From: Candidatus Gottesmanbacteria bacterium
GTDB taxonomy: Bacteria; Patescibacteriota; Microgenomatia; UBA10105; UBA927
NCBI GenBank assembly: GCA_023245335.1
Contig: JAHFKK010000001.1
Span: 17,918-81,917, forward strand
DNA: 64,000 bases
Reading direction: 5' to 3'
Positions 19,028 through 28,100 of the stretch are shown one piece after another. The first letter of the stretch is position 1; each line of letters starts with the position of its first letter. A program made the position numbers and the translations under genes. The notes beneath the pieces are model-generated. The model saw only the letters and a program-made list of their open reading frames with translations. It ran no database searches and was not told where the DNA came from.

Positions 19028-21071
19028 AAATAACGCTGATCCCTCCCCCGATAAGAAAAATTTTCGGGCGGTATTCATAAATGATCACATGATTTCCCGG
19101 TAATACATAAAGTGTTCGGAACGTACCATTTAGCTTGTTAATAGGTACTTCTTTCCCATCTACGGTCGCGTGCCAGCCCGGATACCATACCTCTGAACTG
19201 TTGAGTTCGCTATTGCAGGAAGAGGTGAGACTGATCCGTACCGTATTGGGTGTGTATGAAGTGACTAACGGCGTTCCGCAGGCAGGATTTGCCAGAAAAA
19301 ATCTGGGTTGGACCGTCTGATTTTGGTACACATGAAAACGCGCGGCTGTATTCACCATTACGGGGAGGTATCGTGAATTACCAGCAAAGGGATCGTACTC
19401 CATGGGCACGATAATGTATTTAATATTGAGAAAATCCAAAGCTTCTGGGCTTTGGGGAGTCAGATATGGCACTTGTACGTCCTGCAAAAGAATCGCTTTG
19501 TCACTCGCCATCATGGCAGAACGGGACATGAAGTCGTAGTAGCGACGAAGTATGGACGGGTCATAACCGGTCGCAGAAAATATTTCGTAACTCATCACCC
19601 CATCAAAATCCAGAGCGTCCCGCTGGGGCAACCAAACCCCAAAATCCTGCAAGACCCGATATGGCTGCGTATCTTTTTTCAGTAAGGCAATAAGCGCCTG
19701 ATCATGTCGCGCTTCCGGTACCGGTTTCAACTCGATAAATCCTCGACCGAACCACATCAACTCTCCGACAACACACACTGCCAATATTATCTGGATCACT
19801 TTCGGCCGCACCGCCGACAAACCTATACCAGCGAGCCCCGCAAGCCCAAACACTACCAAAATAAGATGTCTCGTGGGAATCCGCAGGTACTTATACATAG
19901 GAAGGAATTTCCAGAGGAAGTACTGCAAATCCAATGGCGCATTCGGTCCGAGACTCATCCAGATACCAAAAATAACAATGAAAATAAATACCATTCCCGC
20001 GAACATATCCGGATTTTTCTCTTTTATAACCCGGTGACCTCCAAATAATCTCCGCACGATACGTACTCCCCCAATGATTGCGAGTAACAAACCACCGATC
20101 CCCACAAATACGCTGTGTTCTATAAAGTTCGGCGGCGGGCCTATATACGTATGCTGATTACCGAAAAAAAACGGATTCAAAAACTGCATCAGGCTCTGCC
20201 AGGTCCAAGATCCGTATGAAATCCACGAATAGGGAAACGAATATGTGCGTATGCTGGATCGAAAAAATTCTTGTTCCGGCAAGATTTGGAGAGCGGCAAG
20301 ACCCAAGCCCAGCACCCCGGCTGCCATCGCACAGATAACCGGTATAAAACTGCGGCGGATCACACTAACGACCACAGTCATCAGTCCGACAATATAAACC
20401 GTAAAAAACGCCATCGTCTGATACCCGGCAAACAGTTGCATGGCAAACACAAACGAGGCAAGTGCCAGACGCCTCGACGCACCGGGAGAAAAGAATTTTT
20501 CGCGGGATGTAATTAACCGGTAAAACGCCCACGCTACCCACGGCATCCAGCTCGCCGCAGCGATGACATCCACATGCCCGGCCCACGTACGAGCCATGAA
20601 GAATCCGGACAACCCGAAGACCAAGCCGCTCACCCAAGCAGCCAAATTAAATTCATTCCTTCTTTTTGTTAACGGTAAACTGTTACCTGTTACCTGTTTA
20701 CTAAGTACATACATCCCCGTCATAGCCCAAAGCACATGAAATGCGACGTGCCATGAATACGCGGTGTTGATGGGTAAAAGGACAAACAACCAATTAGGCG
20801 GATACCATATATTGACGATGGGATCTGCAATAAACGGCTGTCCCCCAAATAGATATGGATTCCACCACGGGAATATGCCCAAACGTAACCAGTAGTTAAA
20901 AAATTCTCTGAAATAATAGTACTGATGATGAATGTCATCACCAAAAAGAAGCATCCCCTTCCCTGGGATTAAGGCTCCCCCAAAAACAAGAGATATGACG
21001 ATGCCGTAGGAAACGATCGGTATTCCCCAACGAACGAGTGAGCGCTTCATGCGATGCCCCAAGCGTATCAT
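18942..21071 (-). CDS. YfhO-family membrane protein (putative glycosyltransferase for cell-surface glycopolymer/protein glycosylation)
   Basis: N-terminal YfhO signature GDDIHHQYYYFREFFNYW...PWWNPYLFGGQPF and C-terminal WYPGWHATVDGKEVP motif. 709 aa, polytopic. Confidence 0.7.
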   Translation of the reverse strand: MIRLGHRMKRSLVRWGIPIVSYGIVISLVFGGALIPGKGMLLFGDDIHHQYYYFREFFNYWLRLGIFPWWNPYLFGGQPFIADPIVNIWYPPNWLFVLLPINTAYSWHVAFHVLWAMTGMYVLSKQVTGNSLPLTKRRNEFNLAAWVSGLVFGLSGFFMARTWAGHVDVIAAASWMPWVAWAFYRLITSREKFFSPGASRRLALASFVFAMQLFAGYQTMAFFTVYIVGLMTVVVSVIRRSFIPVICAMAAGVLGLGLAALQILPEQEFFRSSIRTYSFPYSWISYGSWTWQSLMQFLNPFFFGNQHTYIGPPPNFIEHSVFVGIGGLLLAIIGGVRIVRRLFGGHRVIKEKNPDMFAGMVFIFIVIFGIWMSLGPNAPLDLQYFLWKFLPMYKYLRIPTRHLILVVFGLAGLAGIGLSAVRPKVIQIILAVCVVGELMWFGRGFIELKPVPEARHDQALIALLKKDTQPYRVLQDFGVWLPQRDALDFDGVMSYEIFSATGYDPSILRRYYDFMSRSAMMASDKAILLQDVQVPYLTPQSPEALDFLNIKYIIVPMEYDPFAGNSRYLPVMVNTAARFHVYQNQTVQPRFFLANPACGTPLVTSYTPNTVRISLTSSCNSELNSSEVWYPGWHATVDGKEVPINKLNGTFRTLYVLPGNHVIIYEYRPKIFLIGGGISVISILLLFWFAFGSQGATVWRVHFSLPGRK

Positions 21072-21808
21072 ACTTTTTCTGCGACGACGACGAGGCTGGC
21101 GCCAAAAGGCAGATGACCCCGGAAAATAATAGTGTCTGCACGCAATATGGTCAGTAATATCCTATTGAAAAGCGGGTTTGGCATCGTAAGGTACTGCATG
21201 ATAAGATCCTCCCTCCCCTTGCCCGCCATCAAACGCCACATGATGTATGCGGGTAATAATATCGAATTCCAATACCCCATATGCCTCACCCGCAAACCGG
21301 ATTCCGCAAAAAGCTCCCGGAGTCCGTCTTTGGTGTATCGGCGTTTATGACCGGACAGCACATCGACTGATGACCATAAATACTTTTCTGCTGGGACAGT
21401 CAAAAAAAGTAGTCCTCCCGATATCAGTAAATTTTTGCACTGCCGTAAAAACGCCGCGTCATCACCGATGTGTTCCATGACGTCAAATGCGCCTAACGCG
21501 GCAAATGGACGTTTGGGGTGATACTGGAATATCGTGGAACGTACGAGCGTGCTGTCTGTTCTCCGTTTCGCATAGGAGAGTGCACGCGCGTTTATGTCGA
21601 GCCCAGTAGCCACAAATTTCAGCTGTTCCAGGTATTCCAGCGTTACCCCTGTCCCGCATCCGATATCCAAAAATGTTTTTCCCTGAGGGTTCTGCACATA
21701 TCGACCGATAAGTCCTCTGATCATTTCATCCCTGCCGACAAACCAAAAGTGTTCGGCTTCAACCTCATGAATATGCTGATAGTGTGACGCGCGGTAGAAT
21801 CGGGACAT
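21068..21808 (-). CDS. Class I SAM-dependent methyltransferase
   Basis: Motif I FLDIGCGTGVTLEYL and post-I acidic residue, then LLISGGLLFLTV. Its start overlaps the stop of the downstream gene by 4 nt. Confidence 0.75.
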   Translation of the reverse strand: MSRFYRASHYQHIHEVEAEHFWFVGRDEMIRGLIGRYVQNPQGKTFLDIGCGTGVTLEYLEQLKFVATGLDINARALSYAKRRTDSTLVRSTIFQYHPKRPFAALGAFDVMEHIGDDAAFLRQCKNLLISGGLLFLTVPAEKYLWSSVDVLSGHKRRYTKDGLRELFAESGLRVRHMGYWNSILLPAYIMWRLMAGKGREDLIMQYLTMPNPLFNRILLTILRADTIIFRGHLPFGASLVVVAEKV

Positions 21809-21811
21809 AGT

Positions 21812-23497
21812 TCAACGGGAAGTATACACGGTGACCGTCGGATTTGTGTACGCCTCGGTCAGAAACGGATAGCACTCTGTAAGCACTTTGCCCCCGGCTT
21901 CTTCCCGTTCCTGTGGGCCAAAGAATATCACATGCGTCGGTATCGTACTCAGCCAGGCCTTCGCTTCTTCGGCACTCATCGCGCCCGAATAGAATTTCGA
22001 GACGAGAACTTTCTTCACTTCTGCATTCACAGTGTTGTCATGACCCACGTAGACCGTATTGCCGCTGTAGACCGGCATGTAATTCCCGGCCGTCGTTTCC
22101 GACAGAATGACGTCGGTCCTTTTTGTCTGATCTTCAAGATAGAGCATCGCGGTATAAAAGTCCTTCAATGGATACATAACATAACTGCCGGTAGGGACCA
22201 GTGGCGTCGTTGCCCGGATTTTGTGATCCACGAAGTCCTTTTGCCACAGAAACGACGAATACATTTGTCCTATTCCCAAAATAATAAGTGCTGTCGGGAG
22301 GAGTACGGCGAGAAACCGGACCGCGGAACGCGTTTTTTCATACATTACCGAGACTGCATACGCCGTGAGTATCCCCAGGGGTACATGAGGAATCATTTCC
22401 GAAAACCGTAACGGACTTTGCTGCGGGACAAATTGAAATACTCCCAAAAGGATGAGCCACGCCAAAACCCAGGCGACCGCGGGGTACATAGCGGTTTCAC
22501 CGCTCACGAGGGCGACGATAACGCCAATAACTCCAAGCGGCAGCATCGGCCCTAAAGCTTTGCCGTATTCCCCATACTGAAACGGTAATGGGTGCAGGAC
22601 ATCCAACTCCGTCAGACGTTTCCACGGATAAACGCTCGTTATGAGGGCAAGATATATAAGCGCGATACTGCTCATGACGGCTATCGCAGCATACGGCGTG
22701 AGCCACGCACGCATTTTGGCAAATCGAAGGAGGCCATATACCCCAAGGACGGCGAATAAAAATATAAGTCCGGGAGGAAATATGACACCAAGGACACATG
22801 CCAAAACTCCCAAAAATAAAACATTGCCGGACTTACGTATGACGGAGAAATCAGTGAGCGCCATAACCAAAAAGATGATGAGACTCTGTCCTGCCAATAA
22901 ATGCGGGATAAAGGTAATCCGTTGAAGACTGTCCATGACGGACCACCAAGGCATGTAACCTCCGAATCTTGGAGATCCATCGACAGAGGTGAGAATTGGC
23001 CAGGAGCTTGCGGTGACCGCCAGAAGAAATCCAATGATCGCAATACTTTTGCGGCGGCCCGCAGTAAATATGCTCTGACTAAATGCGGCAATAAGGGCAA
23101 GGATAGTAAATCCCAATATCACACGAGCCGCATGATAAACATCCCCACTTCTCCCCTGCGGCACGCCTATCCAACGGCCCATATCTCCCATGAGGACATA
23201 CATTTCCTGAATGACTGATCCGTTATGCGGTTCCGAAGTGTACTTTTCTACGACCGTCCAGCGCCCTTCCAAACCTTCACGGATGCGGGACAAATAGAAG
23301 TTGTAGTCCGTATAGAAATTGTGGACTAATTCGAAGTGACGATCCGGCTGAAGGTCCCCCGCATGGTTCAGCTCATAAAATGTCGAGATCAAAGAAAATA
23401 CGACAAATGCTGTGATAAGTATCTGCCACGTCCACCTCATGCGTTTCGCGTTTCCCTCGGCTGTTTTCTCGATGCCTTCCCTGCTCATACGTACCAT
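21812..23497 (-). CDS. Polytopic membrane protein, putative GT-C glycosyltransferase (paralog family member 2)
   Basis: Shares DYNFYLSRIREG and FGGYMPWW motifs and a C-terminal soluble domain with 14264..15943 and 25531..27090. Confidence 0.55.
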   Translation of the reverse strand: MVRMSREGIEKTAEGNAKRMRWTWQILITAFVVFSLISTFYELNHAGDLQPDRHFELVHNFYTDYNFYLSRIREGLEGRWTVVEKYTSEPHNGSVIQEMYVLMGDMGRWIGVPQGRSGDVYHAARVILGFTILALIAAFSQSIFTAGRRKSIAIIGFLLAVTASSWPILTSVDGSPRFGGYMPWWSVMDSLQRITFIPHLLAGQSLIIFLVMALTDFSVIRKSGNVLFLGVLACVLGVIFPPGLIFLFAVLGVYGLLRFAKMRAWLTPYAAIAVMSSIALIYLALITSVYPWKRLTELDVLHPLPFQYGEYGKALGPMLPLGVIGVIVALVSGETAMYPAVAWVLAWLILLGVFQFVPQQSPLRFSEMIPHVPLGILTAYAVSVMYEKTRSAVRFLAVLLPTALIILGIGQMYSSFLWQKDFVDHKIRATTPLVPTGSYVMYPLKDFYTAMLYLEDQTKRTDVILSETTAGNYMPVYSGNTVYVGHDNTVNAEVKKVLVSKFYSGAMSAEEAKAWLSTIPTHVIFFGPQEREEAGGKVLTECYPFLTEAYTNPTVTVYTSR

Positions 23498-23513
23498 TCT
23501 AGCCGAACTCGTG

Positions 23514-23542
23514 TTGACTTTACACCTGCCTACTTAGATAAT
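23514..23542 (+). promoter_or_regulatory. Sigma70-like promoter (TTGACT-17-GATAAT) directly abutting the ATG of the RmlC-like gene; leaderless or very short leader
   Basis: TTGACT at 23514..23519, a 17-nt spacer, GATAAT at 23537..23542, ATG at 23550. AAGGAG at 23544..23549 lies too close to the ATG to act as a spaced SD. Confidence 0.45.
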
Positions 23543-23549
23543 TAAGGAG

Positions 23550-24104
23550 ATGAGCGCCCCACTTACGGATGAATCCATTGATAATAAAGTCAGAAATACC
23601 GTCTATGTCCAAGACTACAGCGCGAAACCCAAAATTGACGGTGTGGTCATCCTGACCATCAAAAATTTTGTCGGGGAAAACGGTGATTTTTCCGAACTCC
23701 TGCGTTTAAATGATGAGGGTGAATCAGAGCAGATTCCGGGATTCCGGCCCCGCCAGATAAACAGAAGCAAACAATATAACAAAGCAATCAAAGCGTGGCA
23801 TCTTCATTATCGCCAAGATGAAATCTGGTACGTCCCCCCGGACGAACATCTCCTTTTGGGCTTATGGGATGTGCGGGAGGGTTCTGCTACCAAAGATACG
23901 ACACAAAAAATTCCTCTGGGCGGCGGCAACTCCATCGCTGTCTACATCCCCCGGGGTGTCGCCCATGGGGCGGTAAATTTTTCAGGCAAAAAAACGAACG
24001 TCTACTACTTCGTAAATAATCAGTTTGACCCCGCCAATCCTGACGAACAACGTTTACCATGGGACGCCCGTGGTGCTGATTTTTGGCTTGCCCAGCGTGA
24101 CTAA
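23550..24104 (+). CDS. RmlC-like cupin (dTDP-4-dehydrorhamnose 3,5-epimerase / sugar 3,4-ketoisomerase family)
   Basis: Alignable to RmlC: WHLHYRQDEIWYV...IPRGVAHGAVNFSGKKTNVYYFVNNQFDPANPDEQRLPWD, compared with E. coli RmlC ...[38 protein letters not shown]. Confidence 0.75.
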   Translation: MSAPLTDESIDNKVRNTVYVQDYSAKPKIDGVVILTIKNFVGENGDFSELLRLNDEGESEQIPGFRPRQINRSKQYNKAIKAWHLHYRQDEIWYVPPDEHLLLGLWDVREGSATKDTTQKIPLGGGNSIAVYIPRGVAHGAVNFSGKKTNVYYFVNNQFDPANPDEQRLPWDARGADFWLAQRD

Positions 24105-24802
24105 TGCGGCAAATTACAAGTCTCTCCATCTTTTTCCCAAGCCTCAACGACGCCCAATCACTCCCCTACATGGTTACCCGCGCATACGAAGCCGCCCGGT
24201 CTATCACTCATAATTTTGAAATCATCATCATAGACGACGGCTCGACGGACGACACCCTACGGGTCGTCTCGGAATTACGGCGACACTATCGTCACCTCCG
24301 GCTTGTCACGCATCCCAAAAACCGCGGATATGGCGGTGCGTTGATATCGGGATTTACGGCGGCAAAAAAAGAATGGGTATTTTATACCGACGGAGACGGC
24401 CAATATGACCCATCGGAACTCACACTCCTTATCAACAAGGCCTCTTCACGTACGGACGTCGTGAACGGATATAAGGAAAAAAGACACGATCCGCTCATGA
24501 GAATCATCGCCGGATCTATCTATAACTGGTTCATCCGGATTATTTATCACCCGCCGATACGTGATATTGATTGTGATTTCCGTCTCATTCGACGCTCACT
24601 GTTGAAACGGTTGGACCTCACATCACAATCAGGAGCAATTTGTCTGGAACTCGTGACCAAACTCCATCACCGGGGTGCACGATTCCGAGAGGTCGCCGTG
24701 CATCACTATCCCCGGCTATTCGGACGATCTCAATTTTTCTCACTCCGGCGGATTGCCAAAACTATCGAACAACTTCCTCCGGTAACGCATCATATGTATT
24801 AA
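24104..24802 (+). CDS. GT2 glycosyltransferase (DPM1/GtrB-like)
   Basis: SIFFPSLNDAQ...EIIIIDDGSTDDT...GGALISGF...YTDGDGQYDP. Start overlaps the upstream stop (ATGA-type junction). Confidence 0.75.
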   Translation: MRQITSLSIFFPSLNDAQSLPYMVTRAYEAARSITHNFEIIIIDDGSTDDTLRVVSELRRHYRHLRLVTHPKNRGYGGALISGFTAAKKEWVFYTDGDGQYDPSELTLLINKASSRTDVVNGYKEKRHDPLMRIIAGSIYNWFIRIIYHPPIRDIDCDFRLIRRSLLKRLDLTSQSGAICLELVTKLHHRGARFREVAVHHYPRLFGRSQFFSLRRIAKTIEQLPPVTHHMY

Positions 24803-24820
24803 AAAAGAATATGCCCGTCA

Positions 24821-24850
24821 TTGAAATACCCGTAACATATTCTTTATACT
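24821..24850 (+). promoter_or_regulatory. Sigma70-like promoter (TTGAAA-18-TATACT) 7 nt upstream of ATG 24858
   Basis: TTGAAA at 24821..24826 and TATACT at 24845..24850, with no SD between the -10 and the ATG. Confidence 0.35.
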
Positions 24851-24857
24851 GCAGACA

Positions 24858-25526
24858 ATGGAAACCGAACCCGATGCACCTTCCAATATTCTCTTTCCCG
24901 CGCTTCTCATAAGTATCGTGTTACTCGGGATAGTTTATATCGCCTTCCAGGCGGCGAAAGCCCGTCCCGACAGGATAATTTTGCCCGGCGGTATTACGTA
25001 TCTCGGTCCTTCCGTGACACCGACGCCTGCTGCAAACTCCTCGACAGGCAACCTTGATGCCATTCTCATTCCTTCAAATCCCACATGGGCAACGTATAAA
25101 GGAAAACTTTTCCCCTACACATTCACCTACCCATCGACACTTTCTTTAGGCTGGTTTCCGAACGATCCGTATGACGCAGTCACCGTGTTTTACGGAAAAA
25201 CCGATGCAAACAAAAATGTATTCTTCCGCGTCGATGACCTCACCAAGCTTCATAAAACCGCATATACCGGGAACGTAAAAGGATATGCCCAAAGCTGGTG
25301 GAAAGACTATTCGTGGAAGGGAATTTCTTCCATCACACCATTTACAAATGGTAAAGGGCTGAAAGGATATCGCGCAACATATATCGACCAGTCGGACAAA
25401 ACGCCGTACGATCACGTATTTTTCGAGACTCCCCAAAGACGCGACCTCATTATATGGATAAGCGGCAAAATCTTTCCGCGGGAAATGTTCGATAAGATAG
25501 TTGATAGTGTCCAGTGGAGCGACTAA
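24858..25526 (+). CDS. Hypothetical membrane-anchored (signal-anchor) exported protein
   Basis: N-terminal TM helix (ILFPALLISIVLLGIVYIAF) followed by an aromatic-rich soluble domain. No recognised family. Confidence 0.45.
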   Translation: METEPDAPSNILFPALLISIVLLGIVYIAFQAAKARPDRIILPGGITYLGPSVTPTPAANSSTGNLDAILIPSNPTWATYKGKLFPYTFTYPSTLSLGWFPNDPYDAVTVFYGKTDANKNVFFRVDDLTKLHKTAYTGNVKGYAQSWWKDYSWKGISSITPFTNGKGLKGYRATYIDQSDKTPYDHVFFETPQRRDLIIWISGKIFPREMFDKIVDSVQWSD

Positions 25527-25530
25527 ATTC

Positions 25531-27090
25531 ATGCAACTTACTCTTGCGTTCATCATTATCCTTCTTGCTACCCTAGAAAACGTCTGGCCGATAATCGCGG
25601 GGTTCCAAGCGGCACCCAAGGGTGTGGTGTTTTTGGGCACCATACACCATTCCGGCGACTACTTCTATTATTTATCGCAGTTTGCCCAAGGGGCGACGCA
25701 CTGGCTTATGGGGCGGGATCTCTATACGTCTGAATCCGTTCCCCCAGTCCTCGTCGGATGGTCTAATATATTTTTCGGGCACATCTTCCATCTCGTCGGT
25801 TTCTCGCAGATCAGCGCGTATCACACCAGTGTCATTATCCTAACGATACTCCTTATGGCTTGCGGCTATAGACTGGCATTCTCCGTATTCGGATCCCGAC
25901 GTCCGTCGATCCTCACCCTCTACCTTTTTGTCCTCTATCATGCATTCCCGATACGGGATCACGGAACACTTACCTACAGCGATTATTGGAATAACTACGC
26001 AATCCCGAACGTCCGTTTGGGCGGCGTGCCACACCAGCTCTTCACAGCAATTATCTCAATAATCGCTCTTTTTGGAATAATCGACTGGTTGAAAGCCTCC
26101 CAAAAACGACAATGGGGGCATATATCCATCCTCACGGTATCCGGATTAATGCTTGCTTCACTACAGCCGGTCTTGTGGGCATTGCTTGTGATAAGTTCCG
26201 GTGCGACTTTACTTATATATGGACTATCACAAAAGTATAAACTAAAACAATTGAGTACTTTGTGTATACCTGTTATATGTATAGGAATCGGCGGAATTTT
26301 TCCGGCTTTATACCTGACTAAATTATTTTCCCAACTCCCGTTTTTGCAACTCAAGCTCTGGGAATCTGTCCAACAGAATCAATTGTCGTTTTCGCATTTC
26401 ATTCTTGCGACCGGACCGATATTCCTTATCGCCATAATTGCAGTGCCTTCTTTTCTGAAGGCAAAAACTCCGGAAAAGCTCATCCTTGCGATATTTGCCG
26501 GCAGCTCACTGCTTCTTTCAATCTCCCCGATCCCCGCACTCATAGGCATCACCCAAGTCCGCTTCATGTCGACCCTCACTATTCTCGCCTTTTCTATAAT
26601 CGCCGCGTACGGCTTATGGAAATGCTTCCACGGGAAGCCACTTATCATCATTCTTGCGCTTCTTACTGCCATCCTCCTTCCGAGTCATCTCAAAACGATC
26701 AGTCTCACTAGCGCATTTGATCCGGGGAACGCGTACCAGTACCTATCCGCTTCTGACTACACATTTTTACAAACCGCAGCGAAAGTAAGTAAGGATGATG
26801 AGGATGTCTTCCTTATTATATGGCCGTACGACGTCATTTTCCCCGGGCTCACCGGCAGGCGCAGCTTCAACGGACACACACTCCTCACAATTCATTCGGC
26901 CCAAAAAGACAGCATGTCCCAACTTTTTTTTGACGGATCTATGTCGGAGGTTGAAATGCGTAATCTTCTGATCACAAACCATGTCGGCTATGTATTAGGC
27001 TACACCTGGAGTCCCAAACTTGAACTTCTCCCGTTCCTTACGCGCGTAACTTCTTCACCGAATCTGGTTTTATACCGGGTCGATAAATAA
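25531..27090 (+). CDS. Polytopic membrane protein, putative GT-C glycosyltransferase (paralog family member 3)
   Basis: Shares DYFYYLSQFAQG, LGGVPHQ and a C-terminal FDGSMSEVEMRNLL region with the other two paralogs. Start taken at MQLTLAFIIILL just after the upstream stop. Confidence 0.55.
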   Translation: MQLTLAFIIILLATLENVWPIIAGFQAAPKGVVFLGTIHHSGDYFYYLSQFAQGATHWLMGRDLYTSESVPPVLVGWSNIFFGHIFHLVGFSQISAYHTSVIILTILLMACGYRLAFSVFGSRRPSILTLYLFVLYHAFPIRDHGTLTYSDYWNNYAIPNVRLGGVPHQLFTAIISIIALFGIIDWLKASQKRQWGHISILTVSGLMLASLQPVLWALLVISSGATLLIYGLSQKYKLKQLSTLCIPVICIGIGGIFPALYLTKLFSQLPFLQLKLWESVQQNQLSFSHFILATGPIFLIAIIAVPSFLKAKTPEKLILAIFAGSSLLLSISPIPALIGITQVRFMSTLTILAFSIIAAYGLWKCFHGKPLIIILALLTAILLPSHLKTISLTSAFDPGNAYQYLSASDYTFLQTAAKVSKDDEDVFLIIWPYDVIFPGLTGRRSFNGHTLLTIHSAQKDSMSQLFFDGSMSEVEMRNLLITNHVGYVLGYTWSPKLELLPFLTRVTSSPNLVLYRVDK

Positions 27091-27204
27091 TTACTATAGG
27101 TATCAATCTGAAAATAACTGAGGTACGCGTATTCTATCAATTTCAGGCAAACGAAGTATCTAAAAGGCAACCTGACGGCGAGGAGGCACATCTCGTTTCT
27201 CCTC

Positions 27205-27233
27205 TTGCTATAAGCCATAATATAGGCTATACT
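27205..27233 (+). promoter_or_regulatory. Sigma70-like promoter (TTGCTA-17-TATACT) 12 nt upstream of ATG 27246
   Basis: TTGCTA at 27205..27210 and TATACT at 27228..27233. The predicted TSS near 27240 leaves a ~6-nt leader with no SD. Confidence 0.45.
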
Positions 27234-27245
27234 ACTACGCTTGAA

Positions 27246-28058
27246 ATGGGCACACCCGACAACCTACCAGGCAGAGAAGTATTTAACCGCGGGGCTCCAG
27301 GCTACAGCGAGCTCCATTATCATGTCCGTATAGACGCCATGACCCCTGAAGAAAAACTTGACTGGCTTTCGAGTCACATCCTGAAAGAAGAACATCGATT
27401 GTTACGGGAACCATATAACCTCCCGCAGGTGCGGAGAGAAGGAAAGGTTATGTTCCTCACGGGCGGGCCGAAAAGCGATGTCACCGAAGCCAGAGACTTT
27501 GAAGGCAACCTTATTCATACACGCCATCTGGATCATCCTCGGCCGATGTTCGCAGAGATTCCTGAAGCCCTCAATTCCATATCCCATTGGTTTGACCTCA
27601 ACACACAGAGCCAGGAACAAAACACACCCCCGCCATCTGTGGTCGCACCGCTTTCGGAAATATCGGATGTCGTCTATAACGTTTCGCATCTCCTCACCCT
27701 GGATCCCAGCTTCGGGGAGAATTATACCGAATATCTCAACCGCATCTCTGGGTCGCTGGGTTATTCCCTGGACCAACTGCTGACGCTTGCTGTTTACAAA
27801 TACAACTTTCGCCTGGGTCAGGGCAAATCCCAAAAAAATATTGCCGTCGAAAACAATATCCTTGAAAAGGTCATCTCCCAAAAAGGGGTTGACGGCAAAC
27901 TCCTCTATTCTCCGCCGACGGAGACACAGCTCCAAAAGACCTACCATACCCTCGCAGAAGTTCAGGGTCTTCTCAATACCCGACTTGAACAAATGCGTCA
28001 GGATTACGAATGGAACATAGAAAAAACCGCGAGAATCCCCTCGTCCCTCACCCCATAA
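27246..28058 (+). CDS. Hypothetical soluble protein
   Basis: 270-aa ORF filling the gap between membrane-protein genes. A strong sigma70-like promoter lies immediately upstream. No recognisable domain. Confidence 0.45.
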   Translation: MGTPDNLPGREVFNRGAPGYSELHYHVRIDAMTPEEKLDWLSSHILKEEHRLLREPYNLPQVRREGKVMFLTGGPKSDVTEARDFEGNLIHTRHLDHPRPMFAEIPEALNSISHWFDLNTQSQEQNTPPPSVVAPLSEISDVVYNVSHLLTLDPSFGENYTEYLNRISGSLGYSLDQLLTLAVYKYNFRLGQGKSQKNIAVENNILEKVISQKGVDGKLLYSPPTETQLQKTYHTLAEVQGLLNTRLEQMRQDYEWNIEKTARIPSSLTP

Positions 28059-28100
28059 CGTCCTCTCGATTCATCCCGCCATTTTCCGTATGATAGAGGC

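Noticed and set aside
27180-27204. GAGGAG...CTCCTC inverted repeat in the 155-nt intergenic region
   Set aside because: It has only a 6-bp stem and a 13-nt loop with no U-tract. It lies 90 nt past the upstream stop and overlaps the downstream -35. It is too weak to call a terminator or riboswitch.
27091-27245. Possible small RNA/tRNA in the largest intergenic region
   Set aside because: No cloverleaf-compatible complementarity and no T-loop or anticodon-arm signatures. The region is better explained as the promoter and UTR for 27246.
27402-27992. 196-aa minus-strand ORF antisense to hypothetical gene 27246..28058
   Set aside because: The plus-strand ORF is longer, exactly fills the inter-gene gap and has a strong upstream promoter. 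The minus ORF has no such support.
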